58,510 nucleotides of DNA from Bdellovibrionota bacterium (lineage in GTDB: Bacteria > Bdellovibrionota_C > UBA2361 > JBIIDM01). The notes under the pieces were generated by a model, which was not told the DNA's origin, did no database searches, and worked only from the letters and a program-made list of their open reading frames with translations. The number at the start of each line of letters is the position of its first letter. Positions within the stretch are counted from its first letter, which is position 1. The position numbers were made by a program, and so were the translations under genes. This document shows, piece by piece, positions 44,871 to 54,148 of this stretch. The DNA is taken from the NCBI GenBank assembly GCA_044238365.1, contig JBIIDM010000003.1, positions 1 through 58,510 of the forward strand, written 5' to 3'.

Positions 44871-46118
44871 ATGAAACCACCTCTTTTAGAATTCGTTTTC
44901 GCGCTTTTTTTGGTCAGCGGACAGGTGAAGGCATTCCTCACTTATTTTAAGGTGCCGATGCCGCTGGACTTCACTCTACTGATGTCGTGCATACTTCTCG
45001 TGATATTTCTAGGCTCCGTTGTGTTGCAGGGGCCTAATCCCCGAATACGAAAGAGCCAGTTGAGATCTTGTATTCTTCTGGGGCTGCTTATTACCTGGAA
45101 TGCCTTCTCGCTGTTCTATACTATTTCGCCGGGGTATTCTTATGAGAAACTCACGCTGTTTGTTCTGATCGGGATCTGTTTCTCGCTGCCTATTGTGATT
45201 CGCGCCATCGATCCGATTATGGTGGTACGGTCTTATTGTCTCTTGGTATTTCCAATGGCACTGATCTTCTGCCATCAGATGTATACAAAATATCTAACCT
45301 CTTACGATGAAAAGTTTATGACGTTTCAGGCCAATTATCTGGCGCTGTCTGAACTTATGGGGTTTGGATTGGTCTGTGTCTTCGAGCGTTGGTGGATTCT
45401 GCCGAGGAAGGCCTGGCAAGTGCCATTTTTAATCGCGGGCTTATCAATCATGCTGCTATTAGGCGCCAGAGGTCCACTGTTGTTCGTGATGGCCTGTTTT
45501 GTGATCAGGGTTCTTAAGGAATTTGTTTCCGGGGGAATAAAAATTAAACCTAAGGCAATTTTTCAATCTGTTGCGCTCTTTTTTGTGAGCGGCCTTGTTT
45601 TGGTTGGCTTTTATTTTTCCAATCCTATGGCTGTAGAGCGACTTTTCGAAAGAACACTATCTCGTTTTAGTAGCATAGGGAGCGAATTTGGTCAGGAAGA
45701 ACGTGTAGGAACACAAACTATGACACGAGTTGATCTTATCGACCGGGCACTTGAGTATAGTTTTGAGTCGGTGACTTCAACGTTGTTTGGCCAAGGGATC
45801 GGAGGTTTTGGAATGCGCTATTTTGGTGAGGATAAGCGCGCCTATCCTCACAACATATTTCTAGAAGTGCTGGTAGAGACCGGAATAATAGGTGTCGCCT
45901 TCCTAGTCTGTTTTCTTGCTAGCGCGCTTATATCCCTTGATTTGAGATCCGCGATTTCGCCGCTGGCAGCTATCTATTGGTTGCTAAATTCTTTGAAATC
46001 GCACACTATCGTGGACTTAAAGGTATTATTTGCCGCGCTTGCGTTGGCCACTATTCCAGCGTTAATTCATGACTCAGTTAACCACATTGCTAATAAGCAC
46101 AAGTCAAGGCGGAAGTAG
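44871..46118 (+). CDS. O-antigen ligase/polymerase-like membrane protein (Wzy_C family)
   Basis: ~10 predicted TM helices, a LLLGARGPLLF-type loop motif and a large periplasmic loop. Confidence 0.6.
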   Translation: MKPPLLEFVFALFLVSGQVKAFLTYFKVPMPLDFTLLMSCILLVIFLGSVVLQGPNPRIRKSQLRSCILLGLLITWNAFSLFYTISPGYSYEKLTLFVLIGICFSLPIVIRAIDPIMVVRSYCLLVFPMALIFCHQMYTKYLTSYDEKFMTFQANYLALSELMGFGLVCVFERWWILPRKAWQVPFLIAGLSIMLLLGARGPLLFVMACFVIRVLKEFVSGGIKIKPKAIFQSVALFFVSGLVLVGFYFSNPMAVERLFERTLSRFSSIGSEFGQEERVGTQTMTRVDLIDRALEYSFESVTSTLFGQGIGGFGMRYFGEDKRAYPHNIFLEVLVETGIIGVAFLVCFLASALISLDLRSAISPLAAIYWLLNSLKSHTIVDLKVLFAALALATIPALIHDSVNHIANKHKSRRK

Positions 46119-47568
46119 CGCCACCGATAGTTCTGCAACGGTGGCTACGACAGGCCCCCTCTGTATTGATCTTGACGACTCACTTGCACGGAGCGATCTC
46201 CTGTTTGAGGCATTTGCGCATTCTTTGAGATATGAACCACGACTAGCTCTGGAATTCATTATTCGTTTAATCAGGGATGGTAAGGCTGCGGCGAAGACAT
46301 GGTTAGCTGAGCATGGCTCCTTCGAGGTGGCATTGGTCCCCTTGCATAATGAGGTCGTTGATTGGATCCGGGGCCAAGTTGATGAACACCAGCGAAGTGT
46401 CTATCTGGTAACTGCCAGCCCGCAAAGGTGGGCCAATCTGGTGGGCGCGCGCGTTGGGATGTTTAAGGAGTGTATAGGTTCGGATAAAGAACGGAATCTC
46501 AAAGGGGCACGTAAGGCGCAGTATCTGGTAGAGCGTTTTGGTAAGGGTGGTTTCGATTATCTGGGTGACAGTGAGGCCGATTTTGAGGTCTGGCGTCAGA
46601 GTGGAACGGCTCATATTGTAAGTAGTGATGAGTCTTTTATTCAACGGGTCAAAGAGATTGCACCGGTTGGAAGTATTATAAGTGGGCGAAAGCCCTACTC
46701 GCTTCGTCTCATTGCGAAGGCTCTGCGCATACATCAGTGGATCAAGAATATCCTTATATTTCTGCCCGTAATCGCGGCGCATATGATTGGAAATATCGGT
46801 GTATGGTGGTACGCCATCGTGGCCTTTCTGTCATTTAGTTGCGCCGCGTCAACCGTGTATCTGTTAAATGACCTTTGTGATCTTGAAAGCGACCGACAAC
46901 ATCGGACGAAGCATACCCGTCCATTGGCCTCGTGCGAACTACGAATTCAGGATGGTCTATTCTTGGCCCCTGCACTACTTGCTATTTCACTGCTTCTGGC
47001 ATTTTCTTTGTCGGGTTTATTTGTTCTCGTACTCGGTGCCTATCTGGTAATGACGACGCTTTATTCTTTCTGGTTAAAACGTCGGGCGATGGTCGACATA
47101 GTTGTCTTGTCGGGGCTCTACACGACCAGAATAATTGCGGGTGCCTCAGCGACAGCTATCCCCGTTTCGACCTGGCTCTTCAGTTTTTCGATGTTCTTCT
47201 TTTTCAGTCTAGCCTGTGCAAAACGATTTGGTGAACTGGTTTCCAAGGACGAAGCCGAAACACAGGTCCCAGGTCGAGGTTATTACTACGGAGATAGAGA
47301 GCTTATTGGTATCCTTGGCGTTTCATCAGCGGTTACTTCTGTTCTCGTACTTGCCCTCTATGTAACAGCTCAGGAAGTAGTTCGTTTGTATTCACACCCA
47401 CCTCTTTTGCTTTTGACCTGTCCGTTGGTCTTGTTGTGGATTAGTCGCATCTGGTTGACAGCGTTCCGTGATCAGCTGGACGACGATCCCATTGTACATG
47501 CGCTGCAGTATAAGGGCAGTTATATTATTGGTACAGTGTTTTTTATGATTTTGCTCGCCGCCAAGTAG
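46069..47568 (+). CDS. HAD-phosphatase-like / UbiA-family prenyltransferase fusion (decaprenyl-phosphate phosphoribosyltransferase-like)
   Basis: N-terminal HAD motif I (CIDLDDSL). C-terminal UbiA motif YLLNDLCDLESDRQH plus multiple TM helices. Overlaps the upstream gene by 50 nt, so the start is uncertain. Confidence 0.7.
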   Translation: MTQLTTLLISTSQGGSSATDSSATVATTGPLCIDLDDSLARSDLLFEAFAHSLRYEPRLALEFIIRLIRDGKAAAKTWLAEHGSFEVALVPLHNEVVDWIRGQVDEHQRSVYLVTASPQRWANLVGARVGMFKECIGSDKERNLKGARKAQYLVERFGKGGFDYLGDSEADFEVWRQSGTAHIVSSDESFIQRVKEIAPVGSIISGRKPYSLRLIAKALRIHQWIKNILIFLPVIAAHMIGNIGVWWYAIVAFLSFSCAASTVYLLNDLCDLESDRQHRTKHTRPLASCELRIQDGLFLAPALLAISLLLAFSLSGLFVLVLGAYLVMTTLYSFWLKRRAMVDIVVLSGLYTTRIIAGASATAIPVSTWLFSFSMFFFFSLACAKRFGELVSKDEAETQVPGRGYYYGDRELIGILGVSSAVTSVLVLALYVTAQEVVRLYSHPPLLLLTCPLVLLWISRIWLTAFRDQLDDDPIVHALQYKGSYIIGTVFFMILLAAK

Positions 47569-47591
47569 GCGGCGGTAAGGCTCGGTACTGG

Positions 47592-48482
47592 TCAATACTG
47601 GTAGAAACCCCGGCCAACTTTCTTGCCATACCACCCTGCTTCAACGTATTTAATGAGCAGCGGGCAGGGCCGATACTTGTCCTCTCCGAGTTCGTCGTGA
47701 AGAATTCTCAATATGGAGAGCAGCGTATCGAGGCCCACGAAATCAGCCAACTCAAGGGGCCCCATGGGGTGGTTTGTTCCAAGTTTCATTCCTAGGTCAA
47801 TATCCTCCTTGCGACAACCTTCTTGAAGTAGAAAGATCGCTTCATTCACCATCGGGCACAATATGCGGTTTATGATAAATCCAGGAAGATCAATACCGAT
47901 TATGGTAGTCTTTCCTAGCATTTCACACAGCGACTGAGCGGTTGAAAAAGTCTGATCGCTCGTTTGTAAGCCTCGAATGAGCTCCACTAGTTTCATCACC
48001 GGAACTGGATTCATAAAATGAATCCCGACCACATTTTCGGGCTTCCTAGTAGCAGCTGCAATTTTCGTAATAGAAATTGATGAAGTATTTGATGCAAGAA
48101 TAGTATGAGGTTGTGTAGCAGCATCAAGTTTTTGAAACAAGTCCCTTTTAATTTCAAAGTTCTCGATAATAGCCTCGACGATAAGATCGGAATTAGCTGC
48201 CTCTTCAAGGGATTTCGCAGTTGCGATGTTTTGTTTGGTAGTTTCCACCAACTCCGAGGTCATTTTTCCTTTGTCGAGGCCCGCACTCAAACGAGTATGA
48301 ATCCCCTCAAATCCCTTACTGAGGGCTGCCGGTGCACCGTCCCAAAGAAGCGTACGAAATCCGGCCATAGCACAAACTTGCGCAATTCCGGCTCCCATTT
48401 GCCCGGCGCCAATAACGGCGATAGATTTTATTAAAACGGGGGCGGTCGAAGGTGACGACGATGCTTTATCTGATGGTAACAT
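47592..48482 (-). CDS. hbd: 3-hydroxyacyl/3-hydroxybutyryl-CoA dehydrogenase
   Basis: IAVIGAGQMGAGIAQV Rossmann motif, ..SNTSSISIT.., and a C-terminal 3HCDH domain. Confidence 0.88.
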   Translation of the reverse strand: MLPSDKASSSPSTAPVLIKSIAVIGAGQMGAGIAQVCAMAGFRTLLWDGAPAALSKGFEGIHTRLSAGLDKGKMTSELVETTKQNIATAKSLEEAANSDLIVEAIIENFEIKRDLFQKLDAATQPHTILASNTSSISITKIAAATRKPENVVGIHFMNPVPVMKLVELIRGLQTSDQTFSTAQSLCEMLGKTTIIGIDLPGFIINRILCPMVNEAIFLLQEGCRKEDIDLGMKLGTNHPMGPLELADFVGLDTLLSILRILHDELGEDKYRPCPLLIKYVEAGWYGKKVGRGFYQY

Positions 48483-48600
48483 ACGTTGTTTTCAAATTTT
48501 GAAGTTTTGTAGTAGAGTCAGTGCTGCTGTTTCACAGTCGATTGAAAATATACCCGATCTGGCAATGAGAGTCACTGTATTCATTTTGTGTTCTGATTAT

Positions 48601-48690
48601 TTAGGCCTTACCAATTTTTTAGGCCTTGCCAATTTTTTAGGCCTTGCCAATTTTTTAGGCCTTGCCAATTTTTTAGGCCTTGCCAATGTT
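48601..48690. repeat. Tandem direct repeat, 18 bp x 5
   Basis: ttaggccttRccaatKtt repeated head-to-tail. Three internal copies are identical and the first and last each differ by 1 nt. Lies in the divergent hbd/E1 intergenic region. Confidence 0.9.
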
Positions 48691-48739
48691 AGGATAGTGC
48701 TCATTTTCAATCAACGCGTTCTATGATTTTATATTTTTA

Positions 48740-51028
48740 ATGAATTCAGAAATGCGAGCAAAAAAACCGAAGAAAAATACGGAAGGGGAGTCGGGAATGA
48801 ATCGCACAGCTCAGCTTCAGGTAGACGATGGTAGCGCCGTTCTCGGCGTCGGAAATCGGGAACAGGTGCTTGTTTCCGAGGGTAGGCAGCCGAGTAGTAA
48901 TAGCGTCACCCAGGTCAGTCCAATCATGTCAGCATCATCTAGTGTGGGCAGTGAGTGGGAAAAATTGTTATCCCCGCTTTCGTCAGATTTTCGAGTAAAT
49001 TCATTATATCCGAACCTATCCGCTGATGAAGTAACTCCTAAGGCGCTGTTATACGCTTACTTTGAGATTTATCGGGCGCGCTATCTTGATGAAAAATGTA
49101 TCATTCTTTACAAACAGAATAAGTGCTTCTTTCATGTAGGGTGTGCGGGGCATGAAGCTATCCAAGTAGCGGTCGGAAGAGTTTTTAAAGGAGGTCATGA
49201 TTGGTTCTATCCGTACTATCGCGACCTTGGCGTGATGACAGGTCTTGGAATGAGTAACCGCGATCTTTTGATGAATTTTATGAACAAGCCCGGAGATCCC
49301 AACTCGGGCGGGCGTCAAATGCCGATGCACTACAGTAGTCCAGAACTGCACATTGTAAGTCAGAGTTCGCCTACCGGCACACAATTTAACCAGGCTATCG
49401 GCACTGCCCTGGCGGCAAAGCTCCGTGGACTGGATCAGGTAGTGTATGTTTCTGCGGGTGAGGGCACCTGCGCTCAGGGTGACTTCCATGAGTCGCTGAA
49501 TTGGGCTGCCCGGGAAAAGCTTCCGGTCGTTTTTGTCATACAGAATAATAAATATGCTATCTCCGTTCCTGTGCACCAACAATTAGCGAATGATGGAATA
49601 GCGAAGCTGGCAGCCGGGTATAAGAATCTCCACCGGGTAGAATTCGACGGTGCTGATTTGCTTGCGTCATGGTCTACAGTCAAGGATGCTCATGAACGAG
49701 CGAGGCGCGGTGAGGGGCCCGCCCTGATTGAGGCACATGTGCCACGATTGCAAAGTCATTCCATCTCAGATAATCAACTGAAATACCGCAACGCCGAAGA
49801 GGTGGATGCGATTCAGAAGGAGTGCCCTGTTTTGCGTCTTGAGGTGTTCCTGGTAAGTCATTCCATAGCTACAGTTGCACAACTGGATGAGATTAAGGAG
49901 TGGATTCGCCAGGAGGTAAATCGCGAATCAACTGAGGTTGAGAAGCTAGCGGACGCAGATCCCTCAACGGTTGATCTGTTCGTATATCCGAACCCAACTC
50001 CGTGGGAGGGAATAATAGAAGTAGCACCAACTACTGGGGAGGAGGTGTATCTGGTTGATGCGATTAACCACACGTTGCACGAAGAAATGGCACGCGATCC
50101 TAATGTTTTGGTGTTTGGGCAGGATGTTGCCGATGGCAAGGGCGGAGTTTTTACTGTTACCAGCGGCTTGACCAATCGGTTTGGAACGCAGAGGTGTTTT
50201 AATTCGCAGTTAGCTGAAAGTTCGATAGTTGGCGCGGCTATAGGTCTAGCTTGTCACCGATTCCGCCCTGTTGCTGAGATCCAGTTTGGTGATTATGTTT
50301 GGACTGCGATGATGCAGATTCGAAATGAATTGGCGATGATGTATTATCGCTCAAATGGCTCGTGGCCTCTTCCGGTCGTGCTCCGTATTCCAATCGGGGG
50401 CTATATCCGTGGCGCTGCGTATCATTCACAAAACATTGAAGCTACCTTCTCTCATTTTCCTGGTTTGAATGTTGTAATGCCCTCCAATGCAACCGATGCT
50501 CGTGGCCTACTCAAGGCAGCTATCCGGGGACAGAATCCCGTACTTTTTTTGGAGCATAAAGGGCTGTACCGCCAACCCTACGCAAAGGGCATCGAGGGGG
50601 GTGAGAATGATCTCTGTCCAATCGGCAAGGCAAAAGTCGTCCGCGAGGGGACTGATCTCACTATTGTTTCCTGGGGGCTCGTGCTGCACAAGTGTGTTGC
50701 AGTTGCACGGCAGTTGGAGAAGGAAGGGATTCGTGCGGAAATAATTGATGTACGAAGTTTTGTCCCGCTCGACATGGATACTATTGCAGCAAGCATCGCC
50801 AAGACCAGCCGTGTTTTAATAGCACATGAAGACTCCTGTTTTATGGGATTCGGAGCCGAGATAGCTGCGACGATCGCCGACAGCTGTTTTACTCTTCTTG
50901 ATGCGCCCGTTAAGCGGGTGGGTATGAAGCATGTGGCACATGTGCCACATCCGCCAGGGCTAGAGGAGGCGGTGCTGCCTCATGAGCCGACGATTTTGGC
51001 GGCGTGTCGGGAGGTGTTGACGTTTTAG
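48740..51028 (+). CDS. Fused 2-oxoacid (branched-chain) dehydrogenase E1 alpha/beta component
   Basis: The E1-alpha TPP-binding part (..GEGTCAQGDFHESLNWA..) is followed by an E1-beta transketolase-like part (..FNSQLAESSIVGAAIG..). ~90-aa Ser-rich N-terminal extension. Confidence 0.8.
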   Translation: MNSEMRAKKPKKNTEGESGMNRTAQLQVDDGSAVLGVGNREQVLVSEGRQPSSNSVTQVSPIMSASSSVGSEWEKLLSPLSSDFRVNSLYPNLSADEVTPKALLYAYFEIYRARYLDEKCIILYKQNKCFFHVGCAGHEAIQVAVGRVFKGGHDWFYPYYRDLGVMTGLGMSNRDLLMNFMNKPGDPNSGGRQMPMHYSSPELHIVSQSSPTGTQFNQAIGTALAAKLRGLDQVVYVSAGEGTCAQGDFHESLNWAAREKLPVVFVIQNNKYAISVPVHQQLANDGIAKLAAGYKNLHRVEFDGADLLASWSTVKDAHERARRGEGPALIEAHVPRLQSHSISDNQLKYRNAEEVDAIQKECPVLRLEVFLVSHSIATVAQLDEIKEWIRQEVNRESTEVEKLADADPSTVDLFVYPNPTPWEGIIEVAPTTGEEVYLVDAINHTLHEEMARDPNVLVFGQDVADGKGGVFTVTSGLTNRFGTQRCFNSQLAESSIVGAAIGLACHRFRPVAEIQFGDYVWTAMMQIRNELAMMYYRSNGSWPLPVVLRIPIGGYIRGAAYHSQNIEATFSHFPGLNVVMPSNATDARGLLKAAIRGQNPVLFLEHKGLYRQPYAKGIEGGENDLCPIGKAKVVREGTDLTIVSWGLVLHKCVAVARQLEKEGIRAEIIDVRSFVPLDMDTIAASIAKTSRVLIAHEDSCFMGFGAEIAATIADSCFTLLDAPVKRVGMKHVAHVPHPPGLEEAVLPHEPTILAACREVLTF

Positions 51029-51201
51029 AGTTGTGGGGGGGCAGGTAACCCTGTTGTCGATCTGTTGTCAGATACAATCGTGCTAACTGGGAGGGAGGAG
51101 GCCGGGTATTGTTGAGCTTGAAGACGGCAGAGTGGTGTTGTTACGGTGGTTGCCCCTAGGTTGGAAAGATATTATCAAGTAAAGGTCACGAGGTTATAGT
51201 A

Positions 51202-51227
51202 GGGTCGGAAGCATTAATTTCCGACCC
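51202..51227. terminator. Hairpin between convergent genes (possible bidirectional terminator)
   Basis: gggtcggaa-gcattaat-ttccgaccc. No strong T-tract on either side. Confidence 0.35.
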
Positions 51228-51243
51228 AGATTATTGATCAATT

Positions 51244-52683
51244 TTAGGATATCATTCTTATATCTCCCGCGTTTGCTGTTTTTCGGGAATTCGAAATGCT
51301 AAATGAATTAAGGAGTTCTTCAAAGCTCGCTATCTCATTCTGAACGTCCTTAGCCCTATTAGCCCTTTCTCCGAGGCCGAATTCCACGTTACCCACCCCA
51401 TCCGTCAGTGGAATCAAGTAGCGCTTTTTATCATTATCCTCCGCTACCAGATAATCACCTTGGGCTAAAGTACTAATATCATCGGCAGCGCCGTACGATG
51501 GTGTATGATTGAACATTATTCCGGTGACCACCAGGTCATTCTGAGCACTTGAATGCTCATGAACTGCTATACCTGTTTTCCTCAGTTCTTTTATAAGCTT
51601 AACTTCAGCTTCAGGATTTTTACCATCGGGAAAACGTTCCTTTGCATAGTCTTCGAGCTCTGATGTACTCAAACACGCATATGCCTTTGTGGCATTTGCC
51701 GTTATTTTCACCTGATACTCTGCCTGCTGATCCTGAACAAACGTGACGCTAGAGTCTTTGAGCAGTTTTTGCAGCTCCTTATCTTTCTCTATAGGATCTT
51801 GAAGCCGCGTATCAATCGTATTAATGGCCTTATTGCGTTCTATCAAGCCGTGCAAGGCCTGAAAAGCTTTCTCGCGTTGAACATCTTCTTGCGATCTTGA
51901 ATCCCGTAGTTCCACTAGCGGCGTAGCCATCTCGCCCCTAAAGTTAGGAATTTTCGTAATACTATCGCCCATCATCGTGCCTTGTAAAGTCGTATACGGA
52001 GAACCGTACTCAGTAGGGGCACTATCGTTCTTAAACCTGTCAAAAAGAGCAACGCTCTCCTGTCGCAAGCCTTTATAGTTATTTTCTGCCGTATCGGCAT
52101 ACTCCTTTTGGGCAGTCGTAGAAATCTTATCTAAGCGCTCATGAATCTTATCATTAAAAGCCTTATCAGCTATAAATACTGTTCCCTTGTCATAGTAGGT
52201 GCCCCGCATTAACTCTTTGATCTGGGTATCAGTCCCCTTAAGCAATAACACTCCTACATCGATAGTGTTATATGTGTCATCGCTACCTACTATATCAGTG
52301 GTTTCCCATGTGCCGTCCTCAAGTTGTGTACGTTTCTCTCCCGCCGTAACCGCCTTTCGATCATAAATATACTGCCTTAGACTAGCCCATTTCGAGTTAG
52401 TTGGGTTGTCAATCTGCACCTTAAAATCTGATACATCAGCGCCCACAATATTGGCATTCCGCAGTTTGTCTATTACGAAAACTTTTTTCCTTATCAAATC
52501 GTTCTCATCAGTCTCTCTCGGAGAAAAGCTGCTCTCTTCAAGGGCGAGGGGAAGCGAGTAATTCATGTCGTCTTGGGAGAACTCTGTCTTGATATGCGGA
52601 TTGCCCACGGCTTCTTGCCAGTTGTCAGGTTCCTGTATATTCGAGTTATATGGTTCTGATAGATTATACGACAATGCTTCCAT
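51244..52683 (-). CDS. Hypothetical protein (479 aa from ATG 52683), no signal peptide or TM, acidic N-terminus
   Basis: Long clean ORF with no competing frames and no motif I can assign. The ORF-track start at 52695 is TTG. Confidence 0.6.
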   Translation of the reverse strand: MEALSYNLSEPYNSNIQEPDNWQEAVGNPHIKTEFSQDDMNYSLPLALEESSFSPRETDENDLIRKKVFVIDKLRNANIVGADVSDFKVQIDNPTNSKWASLRQYIYDRKAVTAGEKRTQLEDGTWETTDIVGSDDTYNTIDVGVLLLKGTDTQIKELMRGTYYDKGTVFIADKAFNDKIHERLDKISTTAQKEYADTAENNYKGLRQESVALFDRFKNDSAPTEYGSPYTTLQGTMMGDSITKIPNFRGEMATPLVELRDSRSQEDVQREKAFQALHGLIERNKAINTIDTRLQDPIEKDKELQKLLKDSSVTFVQDQQAEYQVKITANATKAYACLSTSELEDYAKERFPDGKNPEAEVKLIKELRKTGIAVHEHSSAQNDLVVTGIMFNHTPSYGAADDISTLAQGDYLVAEDNDKKRYLIPLTDGVGNVEFGLGERANRAKDVQNEIASFEELLNSFSISNSRKTANAGDIRMIS

Positions 52684-52986
52684 AATTATCACCAAATAAT
52701 CAGTAGGTTAATCAACAAACGTGTTCTTACGCCGGTGCTAGTTCGAGCAGGCGTATCATCTAAAAACGACAGTTGACACCGTCCTTCTAGACTCTTACTG
52801 AGTATGTTATGGGAATAAATTCAATGAGGATGCAAAAATTTCAATTTTTGGGTAAATCGACTATTCCTGATTCTTAACCAGGGGCATCCAGACCGCGATC
52901 TAGTCTTTAGAATCAACGGTTCGTTGGCCACTTTCGATCAGAGCTGGGCGGCAGATTTAAAGCGTAACGGCAGGGGTGCACCGGCC

Positions 52987-53586
52987 TTACGCCCTTTTCA
53001 ATAGCTCTCGCTTGAGCGTTCGTTGATACTCTTCCCAAATGTCCAGACTGGTAATTTCGGCAGTAAATGAATCTTCTTCAACCGCCAAAAACATTGTTGA
53101 GTTGTCGGTTATGGTAACGTTCCACCTTGTCCGCGTAGACTCGTGCCCACAGAGCCATTGAATGAGCTCCGGTTGAATAAAATAGAATTCTACGCCAGCA
53201 ACCCAATTTTCAGTCGCCCCGCGCATGTCGTGACAAAATTTATGCAGTTGTTGGTGCGTGTAAAAATAGACTGCGGTTTTCATATTCCGCGCAGATTTTC
53301 GGCTGTGACGGATGGCTCGTGCGTCGACGTTTCCGAGAAAGCCCCAAATTCCGTCTTCCCCCGAAGGGTACGTTCGCTTAAAGATCGGCAGCCGGTGGTC
53401 AGAAGCGTCGGGGAGTAGTTTCAGTTCCGGTACATACGAGTGGGCAAACGCAACATGACGCGCGAAAAAAAATTCGAGGTCCTCGTCAACATGGCGAGAG
53501 CATTTAGTCTTGACAGTTTCATAGACTCCTCTCTCCACGTTGCTGATTTCGATCACAAAGGTATAGAAGCCAGCGACGAAACTCAT
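52987..53586 (-). CDS. yaeQ: YaeQ family protein (PD-(D/E)xK-like fold)
   Basis: N-terminal FYTFVIEISNVERGVYE...SRHVDEDLEFFFARHVAFA parallels E. coli YaeQ (IYKATVNVADLDR...ARHPSET.ERMMLR). Size ~200 aa. ATG at 53586. Confidence 0.55.
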   Translation of the reverse strand: MSFVAGFYTFVIEISNVERGVYETVKTKCSRHVDEDLEFFFARHVAFAHSYVPELKLLPDASDHRLPIFKRTYPSGEDGIWGFLGNVDARAIRHSRKSARNMKTAVYFYTHQQLHKFCHDMRGATENWVAGVEFYFIQPELIQWLCGHESTRTRWNVTITDNSTMFLAVEEDSFTAEITSLDIWEEYQRTLKRELLKRA

Positions 53587-54148
53587 AGTAGACACATGTA
53601 TATTAAAGATATCTGGGTAGTCACCGAGTGAGGTTTAAAATAGCCAATGCCGATGCTAACGTACTTAATTAAAGTCCCCTTAGACAAGCTATTTTCGTTA
53701 AAAACTGCATAGTCAATGCTCGTAGTTGCGGGGGCAGACAGAAAAATCCTCTACTGTGCCGTATGGTACTGCGTTCCCCGAAAAAACCTTATATGCTATA
53801 AATTGAAATAAACATAGTCATTTAAAGGGTACGCCACCGTGCGCCGAAAGCATCTTTAAGTTTAGTGCAGATATGTCGTTTCAGAGTATATTTTTCAACT
53901 GCCTGCAAGTGCCGACTATATGTCCTGCTGTAGGCCTCACGTGGGCTTGGTCTCGCAAAAAACCTCTGGGAAGGGAAAAGACTCCTTATAAAAGAACGAC
54001 GTTGTATCTTTGATTTCAACGGGCTTAACTTAACTTAACGCAAATTACTATGCAACAAGAGCGCAATCACTTGGGAGATTCAACCCACACAGAATCATCA
54101 ATTTCCAGGGAACGCTGTTTATATCACGCTGCCTCGCGTTCCGATCGG

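Noticed and set aside
48499-48726. 75-aa ORF with GLANFLGLANFL.. repeats
   Set aside because: It is a translation artefact of the 18-bp tandem repeat (18 = 6 codons) in a divergent promoter region, with no RBS or context.
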